Shown here piece after piece: positions 1 through 9,374 of a DNA stretch of 32,000 nucleotides (position 1 is its first letter; every line of letters begins with the position of its first letter). The position numbers were made by a program, and so were the translations under genes. The notes under the pieces were generated by a model. The model worked only from the letters and a program-made list of their open reading frames with translations, searched no databases and was not told the origin of the DNA. The stretch is taken from the NCBI GenBank assembly GCA_018985225.1, contig JADGIF010000032.1, forward strand, positions 1-32,000, in the 5' to 3' direction. This stretch comes from Amoeboradix gromovi X-113. Its lineage: Eukaryota > Fungi > Sanchytriomycota.

Positions 1-102
1 TTTAATAATCTTCAAGTGATAGATAGTTTGCTAGCTAATGGTGAGAGACCAGGTTGGCAGAGAAGGGATTATACAAACAAAGAGAGTTCGCCTATTGCCT
101 AG
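1..102 (+). CDS. 3' end of an ORF entering the window; Fanzor1 (eukaryotic TnpB)-like C-terminus, tentative
   Basis: Frame 1 is open to TAG at 100-102: FNNLQVIDSLLANGERPGWQRRDYTNKESSPIA*. This resembles the N-x-x-x-I-x-x-S-L-x-x-x-G-x-R-P-x-x-x-R tail that follows the RD motif in fungal Fanzor1 proteins, as recalled. It is followed directly by a hairpin ending in a transposon terminal repeat. Confidence 0.45.
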   Translation, partial: FNNLQVIDSLLANGERPGWQRRDYTNKESSPIA

Positions 103-114
103 GTGAAGAAATAT

Positions 115-197
115 GGGACACTACTGTGAAAACTTCAACTGGGTAAATCTCGTCACCCGCTTTTTACCCCTAGTCTAGTTTTTACAGAGCATGTCCC
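115..197 (+). mobile_element. Transposon end forming a long hairpin; candidate omega-RNA scaffold plus right terminal repeat
   Basis: gggacactactgtgaaaact..gggtaaa (115-147) pairs with tttacccctagtctagtttttacagagcatgtccc (163-197). The right arm matches the dispersed terminal motif at 7261 and 19142. Confidence 0.55.
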
Positions 198-280
198 ACA
201 TGGAGATTTCAGGGGGACTAATTCCCCACATTTTTGAGACATTTGTTTGAAAAGCATTCTAGCTTTTCGAGAGTTTAATT

Positions 281-901
281 ATGAACTCTTACATAATAAA
301 AAAACTCGAAGAGGAGAGCATTCTAGAAATAGTTATTGGAAGTGAGACAAGGGTAGAAAACAATGCGCTAATGGTGACAAAAGAATTAATCCTTGAGTAT
401 AAATTTGACAGTGGTGCGCTAGGCACAATCTTATATCCATTTCAAAAAACGTCGAATGGATATCAAAACTATTTGCAGCTGCAGTTATATTCTAAGAACC
501 ATTCTATTTGGCATCAAAGGAAGTTATTGAACCTTGACGATTTTTCACTGGTTTTGGGGCTTTACGACAGATTTCCTAACAATTATTATCTCTGCGACTA
601 TCTCTTTTGGAGTTACAACAAGAAACACTCATTGAATTTGCTCTCGAACGAATATGATATGCTTTTAGCTACTGCAAGAAAGTGGAACGACCATTCGATA
701 TTATGGTGTTGGTACCGGTGTTCAAGATTGCATATGCCATCTATAAGTATAAGAGTGCTGGAAATCATAGATAAGATGGCAAAGTCGCAGTGGAATTTTG
801 CCTTGGAAAATGTTATTTATGCCTTTTATTCTGAATATAAAATGGACAACTTATGTATGTATTTGGGGGCTTTAAATGAAAGGAGACTAATTTTAAAGTA
901 G
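281..901 (+). CDS. Hypothetical protein, 206 aa
   Basis: ATG-initiated 206-codon ORF in AT-rich DNA, ending 43 bp from the convergent neighbour. No recognisable motif. Confidence 0.6.
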   Translation: MNSYIIKKLEEESILEIVIGSETRVENNALMVTKELILEYKFDSGALGTILYPFQKTSNGYQNYLQLQLYSKNHSIWHQRKLLNLDDFSLVLGLYDRFPNNYYLCDYLFWSYNKKHSLNLLSNEYDMLLATARKWNDHSILWCWYRCSRLHMPSISIRVLEIIDKMAKSQWNFALENVIYAFYSEYKMDNLCMYLGALNERRLILK

Positions 902-944
902 GCATGGCGTAAATTGTTAAACAATAAATCAAAATGATAGAAAT

Positions 945-2415
945 TTACTGGTTGTTCAAATAATGATTTATCTGCGACACTATCGCATGATTTGAAGAGC
1001 TTATAAGCATTATGGACTCTTGATTGTGAGCTGTTCCGGTTGTTATTTGCACAAGTGACTTCTCTATTTCGCAGCTAATAACCTGTGAAATTGGTATTGT
1101 AAGTTCGTGAGTCTCCCAGTTCATGAATTGAATCCTATTGTTGAAAACTAGCAGATTATTAGATGCCAGAACCTCGCATTTGATGTTATATCTGATTCCA
1201 CCAAAATAAGGAAGCCTTTCTATAACTTTTGGGATACTTAAAGCATGCGCATCATCCTTAAGTAATCCCTGGCTAAATATCTGTTTAACATTTGGTTCGG
1301 TATTGACATTCAAGACCAGCAGTCCTGCCTTTAGTAGAGACCTATACAGCATTACAACATCATCCTCATATGAATGGGACTTTAGCGGGACCCACATGCC
1401 TGTTTGCAAAAAATAGATTGAGTCTTCTACGTTGTCTTGGTTAAAGTAGATATCCCAGTTGTTGCGTCGAACCACCCAAGATGAGTTTTGGAATTTGCAG
1501 GTTTCACCCAAGCTAATTAGATCAAATATGTACTCATTGTCATTCAAATTAAAGCACTCTCCCAAAGAATCCCGCATGATAATGCAATAATCATCAATTT
1601 TTATCTTAAACATAGAATCTACTTGCATAATAACTTTTTTTCCGAGGTCATAATTGTTGATCGAGAGTTTTAGTATCTGGGAGTTGTATTCTAGCGTTAA
1701 AGTAAAGGTGTTTTCACATTTCTATATGAACGAAAAATACCTCATATTTTGTTATTTCAATACCACATGGCCTTTGGTGTCTCCTAGATATACTGTTTAT
1801 AGCCCTGTATTTCAGCTCAGCTACAATGTCATCAAATTGGCTTTGATTTGACCTGTTGATAGTATATATTACCATATGTCTTATTTCATCACTTATCGCC
1901 AGGTACGGAAATAACAAGGCAAACAAAGCCCAGCTTATGTTCAATGCTCCGCTTTTATTGTTCATCAGCTGTTTAAGTAATAGGCAGCATAGCTCATCAC
2001 TGTACTCAACGTTGTCCTTTGCAATGTCCAAGATACAGGAGCATATGCTTGGTTTTTCAAATTCTTTTCCTGTTTTCTCGTATCTTAATATTAAAGTAAA
2101 TAGTTGCAAACTTATCTCATTGCTGCTTGTCTGTTTTAGCAGCGACTTTTCAATCATGTAGTTTTGCCAGTTGGCGTTGGAATGTTTTCTTCCGTGTTTA
2201 CTTATATAGTCATGAAATGGTGTTTTATCGTCAAATGGGTCGTATGCTTTTCTTGTTGGCGATAAAGGAGACGGCAGTCCCATATAGATATTCAATATAG
2301 GACTAAATGAATAACCATCTGTCTCTGTAATTGTCAAATTTGGCGTGGTCTTGCTCTTTATAATTCTACTAATATTTTGTTCATACTTCACTGAAAGTGA
2401 CTCGTGGCTAGACAT
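945..2415 (-). CDS. MyTH4-FERM-like domain protein without a motor domain (~483 aa; exons 2415-1741, 1721-945)
   Basis: MyTH4-like DELCCLLLKQL..SWALFALL..RHQRPCGIEI and FERM-like IERLPYFGG. The two ORFs join in frame across a 19-nt intron. Confidence 0.7.
1722..1740 (-). other. Spliceosomal intron, 19 nt
   Basis: GTATTTTTCGTTCATATAG, phase 0. Removal fuses ORFs 1714..2415 and 945..1628 (..TKYE|KCENTF..). Confidence 0.8.
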
Positions 2416-2479
2416 TACACTAAAATATTATGGCCTAGATAAGCAAGCCTTTTATGATATTTGAAGTCAACAATAACAT

Positions 2480-3595
2480 TTATTTCGCCACCTGTCCTAC
2501 TTTTTGAAATAAAGAATCCACTACCACCTCTAGTTTCTTCATGGCCTCAATACTGGTGTGATATAAAATGTCATCATTTGCCTTTTCGAATATAATCAAC
2601 ACCCCCATATTCTGGTCTAATATTCCATTTAGCTCTGAATCCAATATCATCTGACTAATTTTATGCTCCACCTGATCCATGGGCAAGTTCAAGATGCTTG
2701 AAACATGTGAGATTTGCACTCTTTCATATGGCTCGATTACTCTAGTTAAATTGCTTGTAAGCAATCTATCATACAGAAATCTCAATTGCACGGCAATGAC
2801 AGGATCACTAGTTAGTGCTAAATTAGTTTAAAATTCACCTGGATGGTCTTTTAATGCCAAATCAAAATCATGCAAAACACGAGATTTACAAGCTTTCTGA
2901 ATCTTTAATAACCCGACGATGCGATCATCTTTGTTGTCAATGATATACTTGTTGTTTCCCAGATCATCGTTGTTCATTATCTGAGTCAGAATTAACCAGC
3001 TTAAATGCTGCTGATAGTCTTTGTTAATGTGATGCAACTGCTCAACTGTCTCATAAAAGTAAGAATAAGCAATTGTGTATTCCTTATCTAGCAAGTGAAC
3101 AAGACCGCTTTGCTCGTCCAGTTGCAGCTGAACTACGGGAGGAACGTACATTTGGTGACTTAGCGTTTTAGCAGCAACCAAAGCACCTTTAGATTTGTTT
3201 GTGTTCTTGAGATAATAATAAGCTCTACTTTGTTGAATAAAGACTTGAAGAAGCAATTGCTTATCATCTAATTTCTTTAACGGGACAGTAATTGAGTCAA
3301 TTTTGATCAAGGAATCATTGTATAAATGATTACTCAATAAAAGTTCTATGTAAAGATGTTCCAGCTGAAATAGAAGATATTGAAGGTTGGTATCTTTGAT
3401 CTGGACTAATAATTTATCGAAGATGGATCTCTTCTGATCAATATCACCTTCAACAAGGGATAACCTATTTACCGCATGCTTCACAAATTTGGTTAGCTGT
3501 GGGACGGAAAGTTTGGACATCTGAGGATTATTGACTAAAATTTGTTCAAGTTGGTCGATATTAGCTTTATCAGATTGTGAAATCATTTCTTCCAT
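2480..3595 (-). CDS. RPN6: 26S proteasome lid subunit Rpn6/PSMD11 (~364 aa; exons 3595-2839, 2817-2480)
   Basis: LKKLDDKQLL, AYSYFYE and the PCI domain LYDRLL..NLTRVIEPYERVQISHVS..VEHKISQMILD..GILDQ. The ATG at 3595 was chosen over the TTG start in the track. Confidence 0.92.
2818..2838 (-). other. Spliceosomal intron, 21 nt
   Basis: GTGAATTTTAAACTAATTTAG with a CTAAT branch site and an in-frame TAA. Removal restores HPALTSDPVIAVQLRFLYD. Confidence 0.9.
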
Positions 3596-4910
3596 TGGAC
3601 GGAGAAGTGTTGCAAAAAACAACATCAAGAAGAAAATAAATAGATATATGGTAGGCTTTGCAAAATGGCCGCACTAAGAACCAAGAGGAGTGCCTTGGAA
3701 TGTAAGACAGAGTTAATTCAAATCCTTTATTTCTTCGTACCCACTGTAATGATAACAATAACAAACTACCATACTTCTGGTGATAGTTATCGCTTATTTT
3801 TCATTTTTTTGTATCTTTGAGTCATTAGGAATGAATTACAATCATGAAAGACAAAAAGGGACTTACCATTGATTTGGTTCAAAGAATTATCTCAGTAGCT
3901 CTAAGAGAAAGCTGGTCAACGGTTACTATCGTGTTAACATTTTAAAAACCTTGGTAGGATAAAAACGCAGCTAAAAACAAAAAATGTCTTGCATTAGAAG
4001 TTAAGTACGCATGAAACCCAAATTTGCGCCAAAGAGCTAAAATGGTCTACTTTTATGGACCAGCCTTGCAGATTATCGCCCGATTGTGCTCTGATCGTTC
4101 ATAAATGTAGCTATCAATTTGAATTGAATCAACCGTGTTGCTCCAATATAATCTTTTTCTATACTTTTTTGAAATCATAAAAGTTTGATAACCTTCTTTC
4201 TCATCAAGTGCAAATAGGTCTAAAATCTCTCATTTTGATTATCTAAATCTAAAGAAATCATCACTAGATGGGGGCTTGCTCTTTCATGCTCAAAGACTGG
4301 TCTAAGAATGCCATTGCGCATGTACTCTCAATATTAGGAATTCAATTTGTTGCCAGTCTTGCCGCCCATCATTTCTCAAGAGATTTTATGAGGTTAAGCT
4401 AATTGTAGCAGTATCTCCATCCACGACTGCACCGTATCGGACACACTGGTGCAACCCTAGACATCTGCAAGATTGCTGAATGCTTTTTTATCTGCCAAAG
4501 TCACCATTGCTCAAGGAACAGTATTTAATACTTTTGAATAAGCAGACATAACACCGTTCTATTAATAGCATAAAATAGTTTCTTGTTCGGGATGCTGAAA
4601 GTTCCTGCTTTTGTGCCGGTAACTTCCATCACCACAGGTAATATCCATTTCATAACTTCATTCACTTCACTTCATCTAATCTTGTGTACCTTCTCGCTGT
4701 ACCATAGTACTTCATATTTGCTGCCAATACCTTTGCCGCCACAAGACCCGACTTACCCGAATTATCTAATTTCCATTGTAATTTTAGTTTGTTGTTATGG
4801 TAGAATAAGATTTTTGTAATCTAGTTTCGCATTTTTAAACGGATGTTGTTCGTCTTTTAACCCAATTATTTTTTCTTTGTCATCACTTTTACCCCTCTTG
4901 TCTATATTTC

Positions 4911-5476
4911 ACAGCTCGATTGTTTTCTTGAATAAATCATTATTGCGAATTTGTATGCATTTTTATATGATCTCAAGACTTTTCCAGATTTTTCTAATAC
5001 CTTAAACACTCGATATTCTTCCTTTTCGCAAACGGTAAATCAACTCTAAATAAATAACTAGCAGGTGCAGCATACATTCATCAACACTGATAAGCTGGTC
5101 CAAACACGGAAAATTCGAGGCCATGTACAATATTTGGCACTCTAAAGAAAACCAATTTGGAGAGCTATTCATGTACATAGTGTCGTTTGCAAGTCGACAT
5201 GGACCACATGGCACCAAGGAACAAATTCGATGCCATGTACGAGGTATGGTACTTTAAAGAAAACCAACTTAGAAACCTGAACCTGTACAAATTGTCATTT
5301 GAAAGTAGATAGAGATCATATGAAAGCAAGGAACATATACATCAAGTATCTGCATCCTTATTCAATCCCGCCTCAGTGTAGTGAAAGCGTGAGCAATCAC
5401 TGTAACGGGGATCTAGCATTAGTTTCTCTGTGGAAATTCTCGATTTTATCGGAAATCAGGTCTTTTAATGAGGAGA
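4911..5476 (+). mobile_element. Degenerate TnpB/Fanzor element, copy A (pseudogene 3' half plus conserved 3' end)
   Basis: From 5236 in one frame: CTRYGTLKKTNLET*TCTNCHLKVDRDHMKARNIYIKYL, i.e. a zinc ribbon plus RuvC-III DRDxxxARNI. Upstream is TLISWSKHGKF. Homologous to 14954-15445 and to 31629-31950 (inverted). Confidence 0.75.
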
Positions 5477-5480
5477 GCAT

Positions 5481-5845
5481 GGGACACCAAATATAAAAAC
5501 TAGACCAAGTCGTTTTTAAAGGGGGTGCTCCATAAGGAGGAAATTAATAAAAGTCCTTCTTTAAAATAAAACAACATGACCCAATATCTCTTTCAAATAA
5601 GGTCTTTGAGTATCTTATCTGTTCCATTTTCTTGTTCCTCTTACCACCTTTCATATAACTTATTTTTTGTTTTCTCTTCTTCTTATTAACCATTGTTTCT
5701 AAGATTTTGATGGATGAAAAACTTTTATACTAAAATAATTTACTTGAAACAGTCAGATGAATTTAATTCGCTATCGGCTAACACAGTTGAAATAAGGATT
5801 TAAACTATTTCAGAAAGTTAGTCCAGTCTTTATATTTGATGTCCC
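5481..5845. mobile_element. Non-autonomous TIR element (MITE-like), 365 bp
   Basis: Left end gggacaccaaatataaaaactagacc; right end (reverse complement) gggacatcaaatataaagactggact. Both ends recur, inverted, at 12987-13313. Confidence 0.8.
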
Positions 5846-5858
5846 CTGTGTTTTTAGT

Positions 5859-5987
5859 ATGTCCCGAAAATTTCAGGGTTTAGCAGTGGCTTCAATTATT
5901 GGTATCGGAACTGCTTCTTATATATATCTCCCAATAATTCAAGAACTGGAGAAATTGAAGACTAAAAGCAATGAAGAAACTGGCTGA
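5859..5987 (+). CDS. 42-aa single-pass microprotein, PIGBOS1/Ecm19-like
   Basis: MSRKFQGLAVASIIGIGTASYIYLPIIQELEKLKTKSNEETG*: short basic N-terminus, GxxxxxYIyxP membrane segment and charged tail. Below the ORF-track cutoff. Confidence 0.6.
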   Translation: MSRKFQGLAVASIIGIGTASYIYLPIIQELEKLKTKSNEETG

Positions 5988-6218
5988 TTTTAACTGAATA
6001 AATCGTTTATAGCGATTACGTGAATTTCATCGCACCAATGACTCTTTTCTAGAAACTTTCAATTGAATGAAAATGGAGACACAAGCAAGGCGACGGTAAG
6101 AAGCTTGTCAATGCTTTGAAATCTGGCGGTTTCATTAAATACAGATCTCGGTTTATTACTCTTCCTTTATTTCGAGCTTCAATTTATCAGGTGAAATAAG
6201 AAATACAGTATTTATTAT

Positions 6219-6825
6219 TTATAACTTGATTTTCGGCTTCCCTAAAAAGTTTCTGACAAACCAAACTTGTAAAATTGCTGAAGTTATCATAATAGAAGAT
6301 TCTAAAAGCGCAAATGTGAAGATTCTATTTTCCGTATTTTCGACCGTATGCATATTACGGCGAACTCTAACGGAATAAAATCGAGAATTTTTCATGTAAC
6401 TACTTATGGCATTGTATGTCTCATCAACGTATTTATCAAGAACACCAGTATCTGTCTACATAAAAATCAATTACCTTTGGTTTCTGCTGGATACCATACT
6501 CCCCTTCTACAGTAATGTCTACTGCAACTTCTTTTAAAGCTACGCTGCTCTTTCCGTTCCAAAAGCAAAACGAGTATTCCCCAATCTTCTCTAAAGCAAA
6601 CACCACATCCGTCTGTTTTTCTTTCTCCCCATGAACTAGAAGTGTCTGCGCCGGATCCTTTACTTCATAATCTGTGTCAAATTCACCTCCATTCTGAACC
6701 GCGAAATAGAAGCCTAACTTCTTAGAGTTTTGCTCCGAGGTTGCGAAGTGATAAAAGCACTGCTTTTCCGCAGGCTGAATAATAACATATAAAGACAAGG
6801 CTATGGAAAATTGCCAAAGAAGCAT
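6219..6825 (-). CDS. p24/TMED (emp24/gp25L/Erp) cargo receptor (~195 aa; exons 6825-6475, 6455-6219)
   Basis: Signal peptide and GOLD domain (EKQCFY..GEYSFCFWN). Exon 2 gives RRNMHTVENTENRIFTFALLESSIMITSAILQVWFVRNFLGKPKIKL*. Confidence 0.92.
6456..6474 (-). other. Spliceosomal intron, 19 nt
   Basis: GTAATTGATTTTTATGTAG. This acceptor gives the p24 coiled-coil/TM frame; the 23-nt alternative hits a stop. Confidence 0.9.
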
Positions 6826-6919
6826 AGTTTGAAGGAGAACATTTCTTTGTCTCAAGATTATAGTAGATGGGAATACAAGTTTAGATTCCGTTTTTAAGTA
6901 TAGCCGTAGTATGTGCTGT

Positions 6920-7267
6920 TTATTCAGTAAATTTAAGATTTCGCAAATGTTCTTTAGCCTTGAGAAAAGCCATCTTTTTAGATTTTGTCTGGTCAATTGA
7001 TTTTATACGATGCCAGGCTTGCAACTGCCCATACTGGTCTGGATTTATTCCCTCGTCTACATATCTTACAATATCTGTTGGTATCTCGACATCTGATTCC
7101 AAATCAATTATACCCTTGTAAAGCTTTAAGAGACATAATAAATCTTTCTCCACTGCCTCATTCTTTTCTACTTTTTTGATTGTCTGAGCAAGTTGATTTA
7201 AACACTCGATCATTCTGTCTTCTTCATTGGTTGACATGCAGGAGTGTTTGGTAAACAACAGGGACAT
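6920..7267 (-). CDS. MED10: Mediator subunit Med10/Nut2
   Basis: VEIPTDIVRYVDEGINPDQY matches the Med10 IPxEVxxYIDxGxNPxxY motif. The true start may be the ATG at 7237. Confidence 0.75.
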   Translation of the reverse strand: MSLLFTKHSCMSTNEEDRMIECLNQLAQTIKKVEKNEAVEKDLLCLLKLYKGIIDLESDVEIPTDIVRYVDEGINPDQYGQLQAWHRIKSIDQTKSKKMAFLKAKEHLRNLKFTE

Positions 7268-7296
7268 GCTATATGAAAACTAATCTGGGTTAAAGC
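7261..7296. mobile_element. Solo terminal-repeat copy of the 115-197 family
   Basis: gggacatgctatatgaaaactaatctgggttaaagc versus the reverse complement of 159-197, gggacatgctctgtaaaaactagactaggggtaaaaagc. Confidence 0.55.
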
Positions 7297-7722
7297 AAAA
7301 GACAAAAAGAGATTTTGGGTTATTAGATTCGCAATCTTACATCAAATCCGACATATAATAGAGGTATTGGTATGATATTGGCTGCGAATAAGTATTGCAA
7401 ATGGTAGCAAAAGAACTTGTCCGAAAGCGATTCGCAACGGTGAAGATTGGCATGACAAAGCATAGCCATTGCAGTATCGAAGGAAGAAAATAGTGTGGTC
7501 TCTTTGTTGAAATTATCCTCTTCTGCATTAAATGACTTGTGTTTTGATTCGCATGTTCCACGACCAGACTCAGTCGGCTAAAAGAGTACTATGATGCAAA
7601 CTCAAGGGTACAAAGATAAAAAAAGCGCTTAACAGAAGATAAAAGCGGTATGTTTTTAGACTTGTAAATACTGCGCCTATTATTGACTAGTTGCATGATT
7701 ATACAATTAGATTACTTAGTTA

Positions 7723-7775
7723 ATTTCTCTGTAGAAATTCTCGATTTCTCGGAAATCAGGACTATCAATGAAGAG
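7723..7775 (+). repeat. Solo copy of the conserved 3' end of the TnpB/Fanzor element
   Basis: tttctctgtagaaattctcgatttctcggaaatcaggactatcaatgaagag is close to 5423-5476 and 15394-15445. Confidence 0.8.
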
Positions 7776-7810
7776 CCTCACCAGCTACCTTATTTTTTCC
7801 AAACATTTAA

Positions 7811-8092
7811 ATGATAACATCGTGCAGAATTGGAGAAAACGGAATAGAATACCTGATCAATGGGAAATTCCAACATTTTAGCAAGGTTTCACCACTATCA
7901 GCCTTGGCCTACTGGCACTCAATTTATTTTAAATTTTCAGAGCAGCGCCTCTCAATGAATGAGGAAATAAAAACTATTCGGAAAAAAAACAAAGATTTAA
8001 TAAATCTAGTGGAGCAACTTGATTGCGAAAAACTGATGCTTTTAAGTCAGCTTAAAAGAGTAAATCATGAACTAGTAAAGAGAAATATTTAA
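7811..8092 (+). CDS. Hypothetical small coiled-coil protein, 93 aa
   Basis: ATG ORF with a heptad-like C-terminal half. The stop is followed by AATAAA, close to the convergent gene end. Confidence 0.5.
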   Translation: MITSCRIGENGIEYLINGKFQHFSKVSPLSALAYWHSIYFKFSEQRLSMNEEIKTIRKKNKDLINLVEQLDCEKLMLLSQLKRVNHELVKRNI

Positions 8093-8124
8093 ATAAAATA
8101 TTGGCGCAAGTATTTTGCAGTTTA

Positions 8125-9374
8125 TTAAACGTCAATAACATGGGATTGAGTCTTTCCTGAAGAAACTACATTGCCGGGCAAAACGAAGCAGCTTTGGAGC
8201 TCGCAATCGTCCTCTACAATGCAGTTTTCTAAAATAATACTGTTCACTATTCGACAGTTTGCTCCTATTTTCACGTATTTTCCAATTATGCTTTTCTTTA
8301 TAACAGTTTTTGACTTTATTTGCACAAAGTCATCTATAAAGCAATCGTTTCCAATTGCTGTTCCCTCTGAAGTCTCAAAATTTTGTCCAATTAGACCAAC
8401 CGAGTTCTAAATTAATATTGAACAACCATTTTAATATATTCAAACACGTTCTCTTCAAATTGTAAATCGAAAATATAGCTGGGCTGCGTAATTGGGACAA
8501 GAAAATGCAGCACTTTAATTTTCTTCATGACCTTTATGGAGCACTCTAAAGACATGGACTCTTCAATTAAATCATCATCTGCAGTCATACATTCTGAGTG
8601 TGTTGTGCTAAAAGAAAGTGCTTCGCCTATAATTGAGTTGTTGTCATTTTTAAAAAACTTTAAAATGTTTCTTTCTTTTAAAAAGTGAGGGTTATATTGT
8701 GCTTGAATAAGATCCATCATTACATCATGCAAATCAGAGTATCTATGACTCATTACCCATTGGAATACCCAATTTCTGCAAATCATTATCGGAGGAATTT
8801 CGTATTGACGTGTAAAATTGATTTTGGGAAAAACGTTTAGGATGCTATGGTGAACTTTGTGTTTGATGTCATCAATTACTGCATAACAAATCCTGTCATC
8901 AGCAGTGCCAATTAACCACTTCAGTCTATCATGGCCATAAAAATTGGGCCGACCGCCAAGTTTTTCAAGTTTATCAACAACTTTGCAGTCAACCATGGGA
9001 ATGAAAGAATCGCAGTCAGCACCGTTATACTCTTGTAAGATAAGTTGCAGAGGGATATTTGATATCACAAAAGGATTTAAAAATACGACATCACTGCTCC
9101 ACTGAATTTGCTGCAGGCAGCCACTTAAAGTTTTCGAGCTTTTGATATCACAAAGATCCAAATTATTAGTAGTCAGCAACTCAAGCAAATACTTTTCGAT
9201 ATGCTTTACGCTATCATCGTGACAGCAAATATGAACGTTTGTGCCATTGCTACAGTCATAAGCATACCTGATGCAGACCTCAAGCAAAGATTTTGATAGT
9301 AGGTTTGTTGTTAGTTTAATATTTGGGAACTGATCTGGAAAGCACAATATAGCAATGCAGATACTGACTGTCAT
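8125..9374 (-). CDS. eIF2B gamma-like subunit, nucleotidyltransferase-like fold plus left-handed beta-helix (~409 aa; exons 9374-8427, 8406-8125)
   Basis: C-terminal hexapeptide repeats (IKKSIIGKYVKIGANCRIVNSIILENCIVEDDCELQSC). Its length and lack of a W2 domain favour gamma over epsilon. Confidence 0.65.
8407..8426 (-). other. Spliceosomal intron, 20 nt (a 17-nt alternative donor gives the same frame)
   Basis: GTTGTTCAATATTAATTTAG. Removal joins ..YIKM|NSVGLIG.. into the beta-helix frame. Confidence 0.8.

Noticed and set aside
3650-4900. Possible gene or pseudogene in the long gap, including ORF 4583..4819
   Set aside because: The minus frames look vaguely coding but have many stops and no identifiable motif.
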